Part shown: positions 1-7,202 of the stretch, one piece after another | Position numbering within the stretch: the stretch's first letter is position 1 | How the letters are laid out: every line of letters begins with the position of its first letter | Assembly (NCBI GenBank): GCA_964459805.1 | Contig: CAYWOD010000034.1 | Span: 1 to 21,283, forward strand | DNA from: an uncultured Pirellulales bacterium | GTDB taxonomy: Bacteria; Planctomycetota; Phycisphaerae; Sedimentisphaerales; Anaerobacaceae | Length of the DNA stretch: 21,283 nt | Reading direction: 5' to 3' | Program-made: the position numbers and the translations under genes | The notes under the pieces: model-generated | Database searches by the model: none | What the model was told of the DNA's origin: nothing | The model's input: only the letters and a program-made list of their open reading frames with translations

Positions 1-41
1 GGGCGGTCCGGGTCCTGGAGCAGCGGGACGACGCTGAGGCG

Positions 42-1241
42 TTAGAGGTGCGCGGGGACGGGCAGGCGGCAGAGCTCGCAGAGGGTGGGGTACATATCGA
101 CGTATTCGGTCAGTGCGCCCGTGCGTTTGCCGGCGGTTTTCGTTGCCGGGACGCTGAGGATCATAGGCACGTGCGTATCGAGCTCGAAGTTGGTGTGTTT
201 GCACCAGCCTGCGTGCTCGCCGAGTTTCCAGCCGTGGTCGCCCCAGAGAATGATTACGGTATTCTTGCGGAGACCGAGGCGGTCGAGCTCGTCGAGCAGC
301 AGACCTATCTGGGCGTCTATATAGGAGACGCAGGCGTAGTAGCCGTGGATCAGTTGGCGGGCCAGGGCGTCGGAGCAGGGGCCCTTTTTCGGGATGCCGT
401 AGTAATTGCGCAGCTCGCCCCAGCTCGTAGTGGCATAGCTCGGCGCGTTTTTGGGGATAAACGGATTGTCGGCGAGCTTGATTTTGGCGCGGTCGTACAT
501 GTCCCAGTACTTTTTCGGCGCGTTGAAGGGCAGATGGGGTTTGTAGAGGCCCATCGCCATGAAGAATGGCTTGTCTTTCAAGCGATTTAGCTGCTTGATG
601 GCGTGGACGGTGTTGGCGCCGTCGGGATAGGCGCTGTCGGGGACGTCTGCCGCGTCGAAGGCCGGGCCTCTGCCTTTCATTTTGGGGTAGGCTTTGTTGT
701 ATTCGGCCATTTGGGCGATGGCTTCTTTGCTGAGGTAGCCGCGTCCCTTCCAGGCGCCTTCGGGGAAGGTTCCTGCCCGGTAGGGCTCGGCAGTCCAGCC
801 CTGGCGGTCGTCTTGGGCGTGATGATAGATTTTGCCTATTGACAGCGTTTCGTAGCCGTGGTTTTTGAAGTGTTCAGGCAGCGTCAGGACGTTGGGCATG
901 GCTTTGCGGAGCGGGGTGTTGAGGTCGTAGATTTTGGTGGTGTCGGGTCGAGTTCCGCTGAGGATGCTGGCCCGTGAGGGTGCGCAGACGGCCTGCTGGC
1001 AATACGTGCGCTCGAAGAGGAGGCCTTCAGCTGCGAGGCGGTCGATGTTGGGTGAGATGATTTGCTTTTGGCCATAGCAGCCTAATTGCGGGCGCAGGTC
1101 ATCGACGGCGATGAACAGGACGTTCATTTTGTGGGCTTTCGCTTTTCGCCCGGCCATGCCCGGAGCGGGACCAATAACGGGCATCGCCGCGGCCGCGGCA
1201 ATCACGGAGAGGAAGTTTCGTCGTGTCAGATTGGCTTTCAT
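42..1241 (-). CDS. Sulfatase (formylglycine-dependent, Tat-secreted)
   Basis: 399-aa ORF. The N-terminus has a twin-arginine signal (TRRNFLSVIAAAAAMP...). Sulfatase active-site signature C-A-P-S-R-A-S-I-L-S-G is present (CxPxR FGly motif). GGAGG lies ~10 nt upstream of the ATG at 1241. The start overlaps the stop of the upstream gene (ATGA at 1238-1241). Confidence 0.88.
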   Translation of the reverse strand: MKANLTRRNFLSVIAAAAAMPVIGPAPGMAGRKAKAHKMNVLFIAVDDLRPQLGCYGQKQIISPNIDRLAAEGLLFERTYCQQAVCAPSRASILSGTRPDTTKIYDLNTPLRKAMPNVLTLPEHFKNHGYETLSIGKIYHHAQDDRQGWTAEPYRAGTFPEGAWKGRGYLSKEAIAQMAEYNKAYPKMKGRGPAFDAADVPDSAYPDGANTVHAIKQLNRLKDKPFFMAMGLYKPHLPFNAPKKYWDMYDRAKIKLADNPFIPKNAPSYATTSWGELRNYYGIPKKGPCSDALARQLIHGYYACVSYIDAQIGLLLDELDRLGLRKNTVIILWGDHGWKLGEHAGWCKHTNFELDTHVPMILSVPATKTAGKRTGALTEYVDMYPTLCELCRLPVPAHL

Positions 1242-2503
1242 TTTTTTTCGCCTCCTATGGAGAACAATTGCGAATATGTACGTAAGTACATCCTGCCGTC
1301 TGCGACTGCGGGTGTGGCCTGGCTCTTCTCGCCCAGTGGATTGACCGCCAGCAGTTCGTACTGGTCGCCAGCCCGGATCACGACGACGTTGCCGTCCATC
1401 GTGATACAGTACAGGCGGCCATCAACCCACACCGGAGACCCTCCGAATCGCCCGCCGGGCTTGGCCTCCCAGAGCTGCTCGCCCGTGGAGCCGCGCAAGC
1501 AGTAAGCGCGTCCGTCGTCGCGGAAGATGAACAGCAGCTCGTCTTTTGCCAGCGGGGTGGGACAGTAGGAGTACGGGCCCTTCTCGCGGGCGACGGTCGG
1601 TTGGCCGGAAGCAGTCGCAGGCGGCTGGACCGCGACGTAGTTCCGCCCGGAGCTGCCGATCAGCAGCCCATCGGCGAGAACCGGCGAGGCCACCACACGC
1701 CACCGGAAGGCCGACTTGAGCTCCCATACCACTTTGCCTGTCTGCGGCTCGACTGCCGTCATGCCGTGGGCCAGGCTCGTGAAGATAAGCTGCGGCGGGC
1801 GGCCCTTCGGAGCAAACAGGCAAGGCGTCGAATAAGCTGTCTTGATGCTCGTGTCCCGCTCCAGTTCCCAGCGGGTCTTGCCCGTCTTGCGGTCCACCGC
1901 AACCCAACTGCTCGGGTTCGGGCCCTGACGCTCGTGCTCGCGGGTGAACACCACGAGGTCGTCCACGACGGTCGGGGAGGTGGCGGGCCCGTGCGGGCAG
2001 TTGACGCCGGCGAATGTTCTCTGCCAGAGATCGGCGCCCTCGTGGTCGAGCGCCACCAGGCGCGTCTGGTTCGGTGTTGTCCAGAGCGCATAGACGTGGT
2101 TGGCGTCCACGGCGGGCGTGGATGCGGCGTAGCTGTTGCGTCCGTGCAGCGAGTATTTCACCGGCGGGTATTGCTTGGACCAGAGGAGTTTGCCGTCAGA
2201 AGCACTCAAGGCCGCGAGCATGCGCCGGCCGGTCGCCCGGTGGTCGCAGGTCAGGAAGACCTTGTCTGCCCAGACCACGGGGGACGATTCGCCGCTTCCG
2301 GGCAGGGTGACTTTCCAATTGTAGTCATCCTGCGTCCATTTGACGGGGATGGTTTTGGCGTGACTGATACCCTGGCCGTTGGGACCGCGGAACCGCGGCC
2401 ATTGCTGCGCTTGGGCGGCCGAGGCCAGCAGAATAGCCGATACCAGCAAAAAACGCTTGGATATTTCTGCGTTGCCTATCGCCAAGGGGGCTTGTCCTTT
2501 CAT
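1238..2503 (-). CDS. PQQ-like beta-propeller repeat protein (BamB-like fold), secreted
   Basis: The track ORF is 1238..2557. I prefer the internal ATG at 2503 (MKGQAPL...) because GGAGA sits 6 nt upstream and a signal peptide (KRFLLVSAILLASAAQA) follows immediately. The W-x-R-F-R-G-P-N-G-Q-G motif and repeated W/G propeller blades fit the PQQ-enzyme-repeat family. The stop overlaps the sulfatase start (ATGA), implying an operon. Confidence 0.78.
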   Translation of the reverse strand: MKGQAPLAIGNAEISKRFLLVSAILLASAAQAQQWPRFRGPNGQGISHAKTIPVKWTQDDYNWKVTLPGSGESSPVVWADKVFLTCDHRATGRRMLAALSASDGKLLWSKQYPPVKYSLHGRNSYAASTPAVDANHVYALWTTPNQTRLVALDHEGADLWQRTFAGVNCPHGPATSPTVVDDLVVFTREHERQGPNPSSWVAVDRKTGKTRWELERDTSIKTAYSTPCLFAPKGRPPQLIFTSLAHGMTAVEPQTGKVVWELKSAFRWRVVASPVLADGLLIGSSGRNYVAVQPPATASGQPTVAREKGPYSYCPTPLAKDELLFIFRDDGRAYCLRGSTGEQLWEAKPGGRFGGSPVWVDGRLYCITMDGNVVVIRAGDQYELLAVNPLGEKSQATPAVADGRMYLRTYSQLFSIGGEKK

Positions 2504-2756
2504 CGAAGGTCTCCTTATTGGTCGTAAATGTGCCGCTTGTCCAAGTGTTTTTGTCAAAATACCGCCGAATCTATTGATTAAATGTCATTGTTCGAGCGTC
2601 TTGTCTTGTGTGTTCTCAGAAGAGATTATATTCAACAACGGACTCCTCGTCCACAGAATTGTGTGGATAAGCCTCGGCTGGGTGTGGCCGGGTCTTCTTG
2701 CAAGTGATTGCGGCGCTCGTCAATACTTGGTCACGAGACGCAACACAGCCGCTATC

Positions 2757-2792
2757 GTCATTGCGAGGCCCCCTTGGGGCCGTGGCAATCTC
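2757..2792 (+). repeat. REP-like palindromic repeat copy (GTCATTGCGAGG-[GCCCCcttGGGGC hairpin]-CGTGGCAATCTC)
   Basis: It shares the conserved ends GTCATTGCGA / GCAATCTC with copies at 2810-2847, 6591-6626, 20922-20957, 21014-21047 and 21110-21147. The variable core is itself a hairpin. Confidence 0.7.
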
Positions 2793-2809
2793 CCGCTTTG
2801 GAGTGGTTT

Positions 2810-2847
2810 GAGATTGCCGCAGTCGCCTACGGCTCCTTCGCAATGAC
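2810..2847 (-). repeat. REP-like repeat copy, inverted relative to 2757-2792 (GAGATTGCCGCAGTCGC...TTCGCAATGAC)
   Basis: Its reverse complement reads GTCATTGCGAAGGAGCCGTAGGCGACTGCGGCAATCTC. This is near-identical to the copy at 20922-20957. It forms a head-to-head pair with 2757-2792. Confidence 0.7.
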
Positions 2848-3092
2848 GCAGTGTGGAATCCTTTGTCAGAAAGAGTCTTACAGTGCGCCAGAAAAATTAG
2901 CCACACCCCCTCGGCTGGGTGGTGGCGAGGCGGCATAGCCCGGCGGGCAACGGCGTTTAGGAATGACGGCTTGCGGGGGGCGTATTTTGTTGATGAAAGG
3001 CCCTTGAGAAATAGAGCGGGGTATGGTACATTGCGGCATCTGATTGTTGCGTTGAACGTGAGGATTACTTGATTTGGATGAAAGGGCCAAAA

Positions 3093-4109
3093 ATGGACAG
3101 GATGAGCAAAGTGATTAAGGTGTGGGTGCTGATGGTTGTGGGGCTGTGCTTTGTGGGTTGCGAGGCGGTGAGCGCGGGGCCGGGAGTTGTCTTCAAGGGC
3201 GGCAAAGGACCGGGTAAGGGCAAGCACGTCGTTTTTGTTATTGGCGACGATGAGTACCGGTCGGAGGACTTGATGCCGATGCTTGCCAAGATAATGGCAG
3301 TGCACCACGGGTTCAAGTGCACGGCGCTTTTTGCCCTCGACAAAGAGACGGGCGAGATCGACCCGGCCGAGCAGGCCAATATCCCCGGGCTCGAGGCCCT
3401 GGAGACTGCGGACCTGATGGTGATATTCACGCGTTTTCGTGAGCTGCCCGATGAGCAGATGAAACATATTATCGATTACACCAATTCCGGCAAGCCGATC
3501 GTCGGTTTGCGGACGGCGACCCACGCGTTCTATTACAGAAAGAACATGAAGAGTCCGTACGCTAAGTACAGTTTTCGCAACAACGAGTTCAAAGGCGGGT
3601 ACGGACGTCAGGTTTTAGGAGAGACCTGGGCCGGGCATTATGGAGGCCACGGAAGAGAGAGCACTCGCGGAGTGGTGGCAAAGGGTATGGAGAACCATCC
3701 CATTGTCAAGGGCTGCGAGGATATCTGGGGGCCGTCCGATGTCTATACCATCACGACGCTGACTGGTGACAGCAAGCCGTTGATTATGGGACAGGTGCTC
3801 GTGGGGATGAATCCTGACGATGAGGTCAACAAGAAGAAGCCGCCGATGCCTCTCGCCTGGACGAAGACTTACACCGGTGATACGGGTAAGACGTGCCGGG
3901 TTTTTGCCACGACGATGGGGCATTCGTTCGATTTCAACAGCGAAGGCTTCCGGCGTCTTCTTGTGAACGGGTGCTACTGGGCGCTGGAGATGGAGGACAA
4001 GATACCGGCCAGGAGTAAGGTCGATTTTGTTGGCGAGTACAAGCCGAACAATATTGGCATGGGCGGGCACAAAAAAGGCCTGAAGCCGATCGACCACAAG
4101 ATCAAATAG
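3093..4109 (+). CDS. ThuA-domain (trehalose-utilisation-like, class-I glutamine-amidotransferase-like fold) protein, secreted or lipoprotein
   Basis: The track ORF is 3069..4109. The ATG at 3093 (MDRMSKVIK...) is preferred because AAAGGG lies ~8 nt upstream. 3102 is an alternative start. The N-terminus has a signal peptide ending in a lipobox-like LCFVGC. Conserved ThuA-like blocks are present (VVFVIGDDEYRSE, ADLMVIFTRF, GKPIVGLRTATHAF, ATTMGHS). The overlapping minus-strand ORF 2616..3524 is a low-complexity shadow ORF. Confidence 0.8.
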   Translation: MDRMSKVIKVWVLMVVGLCFVGCEAVSAGPGVVFKGGKGPGKGKHVVFVIGDDEYRSEDLMPMLAKIMAVHHGFKCTALFALDKETGEIDPAEQANIPGLEALETADLMVIFTRFRELPDEQMKHIIDYTNSGKPIVGLRTATHAFYYRKNMKSPYAKYSFRNNEFKGGYGRQVLGETWAGHYGGHGRESTRGVVAKGMENHPIVKGCEDIWGPSDVYTITTLTGDSKPLIMGQVLVGMNPDDEVNKKKPPMPLAWTKTYTGDTGKTCRVFATTMGHSFDFNSEGFRRLLVNGCYWALEMEDKIPARSKVDFVGEYKPNNIGMGGHKKGLKPIDHKIK

Positions 4110-4145
4110 GGCGTAACACGCCGGTGCTCGACTGAAGAAACCGGG

Positions 4146-4183
4146 CGCACAGTTATTGCGCGATTTGCCGGAATAACTGCGCG
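4146..4183 (+). terminator. Imperfect 12-bp stem / 14-nt loop hairpin downstream of the ThuA gene (cgcaCAGTTATT...AATAACTGcgcg)
   Basis: The inverted repeat has one mismatch. No U-tract follows it (the downstream sequence is G-rich). It may be a non-canonical terminator or a protein-binding site. Confidence 0.25.
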
Positions 4184-4248
4184 GTGGGGGGGAGACCGGC
4201 TGGTATCTTGGCCTTTGGCTCATTTGAGAGAGAAAGGAGAGTAGTGCG

Positions 4249-4797
4249 ATGTTGTTAATAATTTATGCGGCGGTGTGTGTATGTTCCGGGGCCCTTCTGT
4301 TTCTGATGGCCTTTCTCGGCAGCGATTATGACACGGATGTGGATGCAGACATTGACATAGACATAGACGGTCTGGATATGGACGCGGGCGAATTCGGCGG
4401 GCCCGGCATACTGAGCATTAAGCTGATAATGTTCTTTCTGATTGGTTTTGGGCTTTGCGGTTTCATGGCTGTGCACTTCGATTGGCCAGTGTATCATGTT
4501 GTTTGGGCGCTGGCCGGCGGGTTGGTTCTCTGGTACATTGGCTATAAACTGCTCAGCTTGCTCTACAGCCAGCAGTCAAACAGCCAGATCAGGGCGCGTC
4601 AATTCGTGGGGAAAGATGGAAGAGTGACCGTTCCGATACCAAAAGGAGGGGGCACGGGCGAGATAGAGGCGACCGACAAGGACACCGGGCGAAGTGCCTA
4701 CTTTAGCGCGAGGGCAAAAGATCCGGACAAGGAATATCAGAGGGGAGAAACTGTGAAGATAAAGTCCGTTACAAGCGGAACCGCCGTAGTAGAGTGA
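4249..4797 (+). CDS. NfeD-family membrane protein (YqiJ-like; OB-fold C-terminal domain)
   Basis: 182 aa. Hydrophobic helices are present (LLIIYAAVCVCSGALLFLMAFLG, IKLIMFFLIGFGLCGFMAV, VVWALAGGLVLWYIGY). An acidic D-x repeat loop (DYDTDVDADIDIDIDGLDMD) lies between them. The C-terminal NfeD-like beta domain reads GKDGRVTVPIPKGGGTGEIEA...GETVKIKSVTSG. AAGGAG lies 9 nt upstream of the ATG. The gene sits directly upstream of a flotillin gene, which is the classic NfeD/SPFH pairing. Confidence 0.8.
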   Translation: MLLIIYAAVCVCSGALLFLMAFLGSDYDTDVDADIDIDIDGLDMDAGEFGGPGILSIKLIMFFLIGFGLCGFMAVHFDWPVYHVVWALAGGLVLWYIGYKLLSLLYSQQSNSQIRARQFVGKDGRVTVPIPKGGGTGEIEATDKDTGRSAYFSARAKDPDKEYQRGETVKIKSVTSGTAVVE

Positions 4798-4804
4798 AAA
4801 TGAG

Positions 4805-4969
4805 TTCTGCAAAATTGCAGGTTAGGCCTATATTGTTGAAGAATTGCTTTTTTATGATTTTCTTCAATAATTACCTAACCACTTATGGCACAATACATTG
4901 CTGTTAAAAAGAAAAAATCAAAAAACGATTTTTCTTTTCTAAGTAGGCCTAACCTGTAATTTTGCAGAA
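4805..4969. repeat. 165-bp AT-rich element bounded by 26-bp near-perfect inverted repeats (TTCTGCAAAATTGCAGGTTAGGCCTA ... TAGGCCTAACCTGTAATTTTGCAGAA)
   Basis: The left arm is 4805-4830 and the right arm 4944-4969. They match at 25 of 26 positions as reverse complements. The interior is ~25% GC in a ~58% GC genome. It contains nested hairpins (TTGAAGAA/TTCTTCAA and AAGAAAAAATC/GATTTTTCTT). Each arm carries a CTGCAAnnTTGCAG-type palindrome. Confidence 0.65.
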
Positions 4970-5037
4970 GCCTTAGAATAGAAAGGAATTGAGAATTCGT
5001 TAACAGGCAACTTAGAAACCATAGAAAGGGATAAATC

Positions 5038-6486
5038 ATGGAAAACTTAGGTTTGATTGTCGTAATTGCGGTGGCTTTTATTGGTGTGATTTCCGGTATT
5101 TTCATTTTCGCAGCCAACTATATAAAAGCCGAGCCGCACGAGGCCCTGGTATTTACGGGCAGAAGGCACAAAGCCACGAAAAGAGGATGGGTGGCCGTCG
5201 TCGGCGGCGCCAAGTTCAGGATTCCCGTTTTGGAGATAGTCAACAAGATCTCTCTAAAAACGATGAATCTTCCGGAGGTGCGCGTCGAGGCGGCATATTC
5301 GGCCGAAGGCGTGCCGGTAACTATCGAGGCCGTTGCCAACGTGAAGATCTCCAGCGAGCAGGAAATGCTCGGCAAGGCAGTGGAGCGATTTCTCGGGACT
5401 TCTGATCAACAAATAAAGCAGATTATCAAGGAGACCTTGGAGGGCCAGCTTCGTGATATTATTGGCGTTATGACCGTCGAGCAGCTTTATCAAGAAAGAG
5501 ATATGTTTGTCAATAAGGTGCTTCAGCAGTCGGGCGAAGAGCTGGCGAAGATTGGCGTGATTATTGACATCATCAATATCCAGGACATCCGCGATGAAAG
5601 AGGTTATCTCGAGGCCCTCGGCAGAAAAAGGACCGCTGAGGTAATAAGAGACGCTGAAATCGGCGAGGCCGAGGCAAAAAGAGATGCGATGAAGGAGTCT
5701 GAGACCGCCAGGAGGGAAGGTGAAGTCGTACGGGCCGAGCAGGAGAGACAGATTGCCGAGGCCGAGAAGGGCCGCGATGTTGCAAAGCAGCACTATGTCG
5801 GCGAGACTCTCGCTGCGACGAGAAAGGCCGAGCAGCAAGGGCCACTTTCCGAGGCAAAGGCCAAGCAGGAAGTGGTTGTTGAGCAACAGAAGGTATTAGA
5901 GGAGCAACAAAAGGCGAGAGAGAAAGTCGAGTCCGCCAGGGCCGAAGCCGAAGAACAGAAGTACCGAGCGGACCGAGTGATTCCCGCCGAGGCCGACCGG
6001 CAGGCGGTCATTCTCGAGGCAGAAGGTCAAGCCGCCGCCATTTTCAAGCGGGCCCAAGCACAGGCAAAAGCTATCCAACTCAAACTCGAAGCCGAGGCCG
6101 AAGGCCTTAGAAAGAAAGCGGAGGCCTGGAATACCTACGGAAAGGCGGCCCAGCTTAATCTGGCGCTGGAAGCGATTAAAGAGGTTGCTGGAAAGGGCGC
6201 CGAGGCCCTCGGTGCGATCAAGTTCGATAAGGTCATTGCGATTGACAGCGGCGGCGGCGACGGTGAGACCGCGGTCAACAGGATGCTGACGGCAACGCCT
6301 GCGGGGCTCGTGAAGTTCCTTGAGCAGATAAAGGCCGCCACCGGGATCGACCTGGCGGAGATTCTTAAGAATGTTAATTCTATGGAAGATGAATCTACTG
6401 ACGCATCGCAGATCACAGGCGAAAAAGAGGATGCCAAGGCTAAAGCGGATGCCGGACCCAAATCCAGGAAGGGCGAAAAGGCTTAG
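5038..6486 (+). CDS. Flotillin-like SPFH/band-7 domain protein (YqiK/FloT-like)
   Basis: 482 aa. An N-terminal TM helix (LGLIVVIAVAFIGVISGIFIFAANY) is followed by an SPFH domain. A long Ala/Glu/Lys/Gln-rich coiled coil with flotillin-type EA repeats follows (EAEAKR..., EQERQIAEAEKGR..., AEAEEQKYRADR...). AAAGGGA lies 7 nt before the ATG. Confidence 0.9.
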   Translation: MENLGLIVVIAVAFIGVISGIFIFAANYIKAEPHEALVFTGRRHKATKRGWVAVVGGAKFRIPVLEIVNKISLKTMNLPEVRVEAAYSAEGVPVTIEAVANVKISSEQEMLGKAVERFLGTSDQQIKQIIKETLEGQLRDIIGVMTVEQLYQERDMFVNKVLQQSGEELAKIGVIIDIINIQDIRDERGYLEALGRKRTAEVIRDAEIGEAEAKRDAMKESETARREGEVVRAEQERQIAEAEKGRDVAKQHYVGETLAATRKAEQQGPLSEAKAKQEVVVEQQKVLEEQQKAREKVESARAEAEEQKYRADRVIPAEADRQAVILEAEGQAAAIFKRAQAQAKAIQLKLEAEAEGLRKKAEAWNTYGKAAQLNLALEAIKEVAGKGAEALGAIKFDKVIAIDSGGGDGETAVNRMLTATPAGLVKFLEQIKAATGIDLAEILKNVNSMEDESTDASQITGEKEDAKAKADAGPKSRKGEKA

Positions 6487-6590
6487 CACATCTAACACAA
6501 TAAGCGCGAATGCGTTATAAAGGCAGAGATTGCCCCGTTCGCCTCCGGCGGACTCCTTAGAAAATACCTGGTTCTTGTAGTCTGAGGATT

Positions 6591-6626
6591 GAGATTGCCG
6601 CAGTCGCTGCGCTCTTTCGCGATGAC
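6591..6626 (-). repeat. REP-like repeat copy (GAGATTGCCGCAGTCGCTGCGCTCTTTCGCGATGAC)
   Basis: It belongs to the same family as 2810-2847 and 20922-20957. It lies downstream of the flotillin gene. Confidence 0.65.
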
Positions 6627-6655
6627 ATATTTGGGCTATTTTCTCCTACGTGCAT

Positions 6656-6692
6656 CATGCATCCTGAGAATCCGGTGAGGTGCTCGCAATGA
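6656..6692 (-). repeat. 37-bp repeat (ATGCATCCTGAGAATCCGGTGAGGTGCTCGCAATGAC), inverted copy of 20860-20896
   Basis: Its reverse complement is GTCATTGCGAGCACCTCACCGGATTCTCAGGATGCAT. The copy at 20860-20896 reads GTCATTGCGAACACCTCACCTGATTCTCAGCAGGCAT. The two match at about 33 of 37 positions and share the GTCATTGCGA end. Confidence 0.7.
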
Positions 6693-6984
6693 CATTCTTT
6701 TTGTTAGATGTTTCATAGTGTTTTGCCAAGTATAATACTCGCCGCCGCCAGAGAAGCACGCAAGGCGAAACGCAGAACATCGTGATGAATAACGACTTGA
6801 CAATAATCGAAGAGATGATAACAATGCCGTTGGCCGGTGAAACGCAAGCACGCTCGCATCAGGTGCAACCTGCCAGCGATAGACGGCTGGGTGTGACCGA
6901 TTACCGTATGGGTGGCCGTTTCCAAATCGGCCGCCCACCACACTTTCTCGAAACGGTAATCCAGAACTCCCTTATGCCTAAAAA

Positions 6985-7011
6985 AACCTCCTTGCCGAAA
7001 GCAAGGAAAGT
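6985..7011 (-). terminator. Minus-strand intrinsic-terminator-like hairpin (CCTTGC-tttcg-GCAAGG followed by AGGTTTTTTT)
   Basis: The plus strand reads aaaaaaaCCTCCTTGCcgaaaGCAAGGaaag. On the minus strand this is a 6-7 bp GC-rich stem with a 5-nt loop followed by a T7 run. No minus-strand gene is called upstream of it. Confidence 0.35.
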
Positions 7012-7020
7012 CTCTTAACT

Positions 7021-7189
7021 GTGAACTGGATTTGTCCGATTCACGCTGAACCAGTACAGGAAAGGAAAGGGCGATATCTATATGACAACAATTCCAAAAG
7101 CAATAGAATATCAGAAAGACATCAAACCCGCCTAGAACCACGTCAGCATCCTCACCCCAAAAGCCAAATCGAAGACCAAAGACGAGTAA
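7021..7189 (+). pseudogene. Decayed 3' remnant of a third HAF-repeat paralog (frameshifted, internal stop)
   Basis: Frame-2 translation of 7142-7189 gives VSILTPKAKSKTKDE*. A TAG stop precedes it after ...NH. This matches the HAF1 C-terminus NHIVILTPKPESKTEDE* and the HAF2 C-terminus HRVVILTPKPKQ*. Frame 1 at 7069-7110 gives GRYLYDNNSKSNRI, which matches HAF1 GIIELDAISKSNGA. The nucleotide motif AAATCGAAGACCAAAGACGAGTAA (7166-7189) matches AATCGAAGACGGAAGACGAGTGA (8254-8276). Confidence 0.5.
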
Positions 7190-7202
7190 CTCGAGCCGCC
7201 CA

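Noticed and set aside
1601-2527. 308-aa plus-strand ORF and other internal ORFs (1422..1907, 1759..2091, 2014..2310, 48..590, 603..842, 1086..1505)
   Set aside because: They all lie inside or antisense to the sulfatase and PQQ-propeller genes. Their Arg/Gly/Pro-rich translations are typical of GC-rich shadow frames.
2616-3524. 302-aa minus-strand ORF overlapping the divergent promoter region and the 5' part of the ThuA gene
   Set aside because: It is low-complexity and His/Pro-rich (HNHQHPHLNHFAHPVHF). It is antisense to a well-supported gene, it runs through REP-like repeats, and it has no recognisable domain. It is a GC-rich shadow ORF.
6796-6825. TTGACA-16nt-TAACAAT sigma70-like promoter about 400 bp upstream of HAF1
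   Set aside because: It lies inside what now appears to be a decayed HAF gene copy. It is a pattern match only, so I do not call it.
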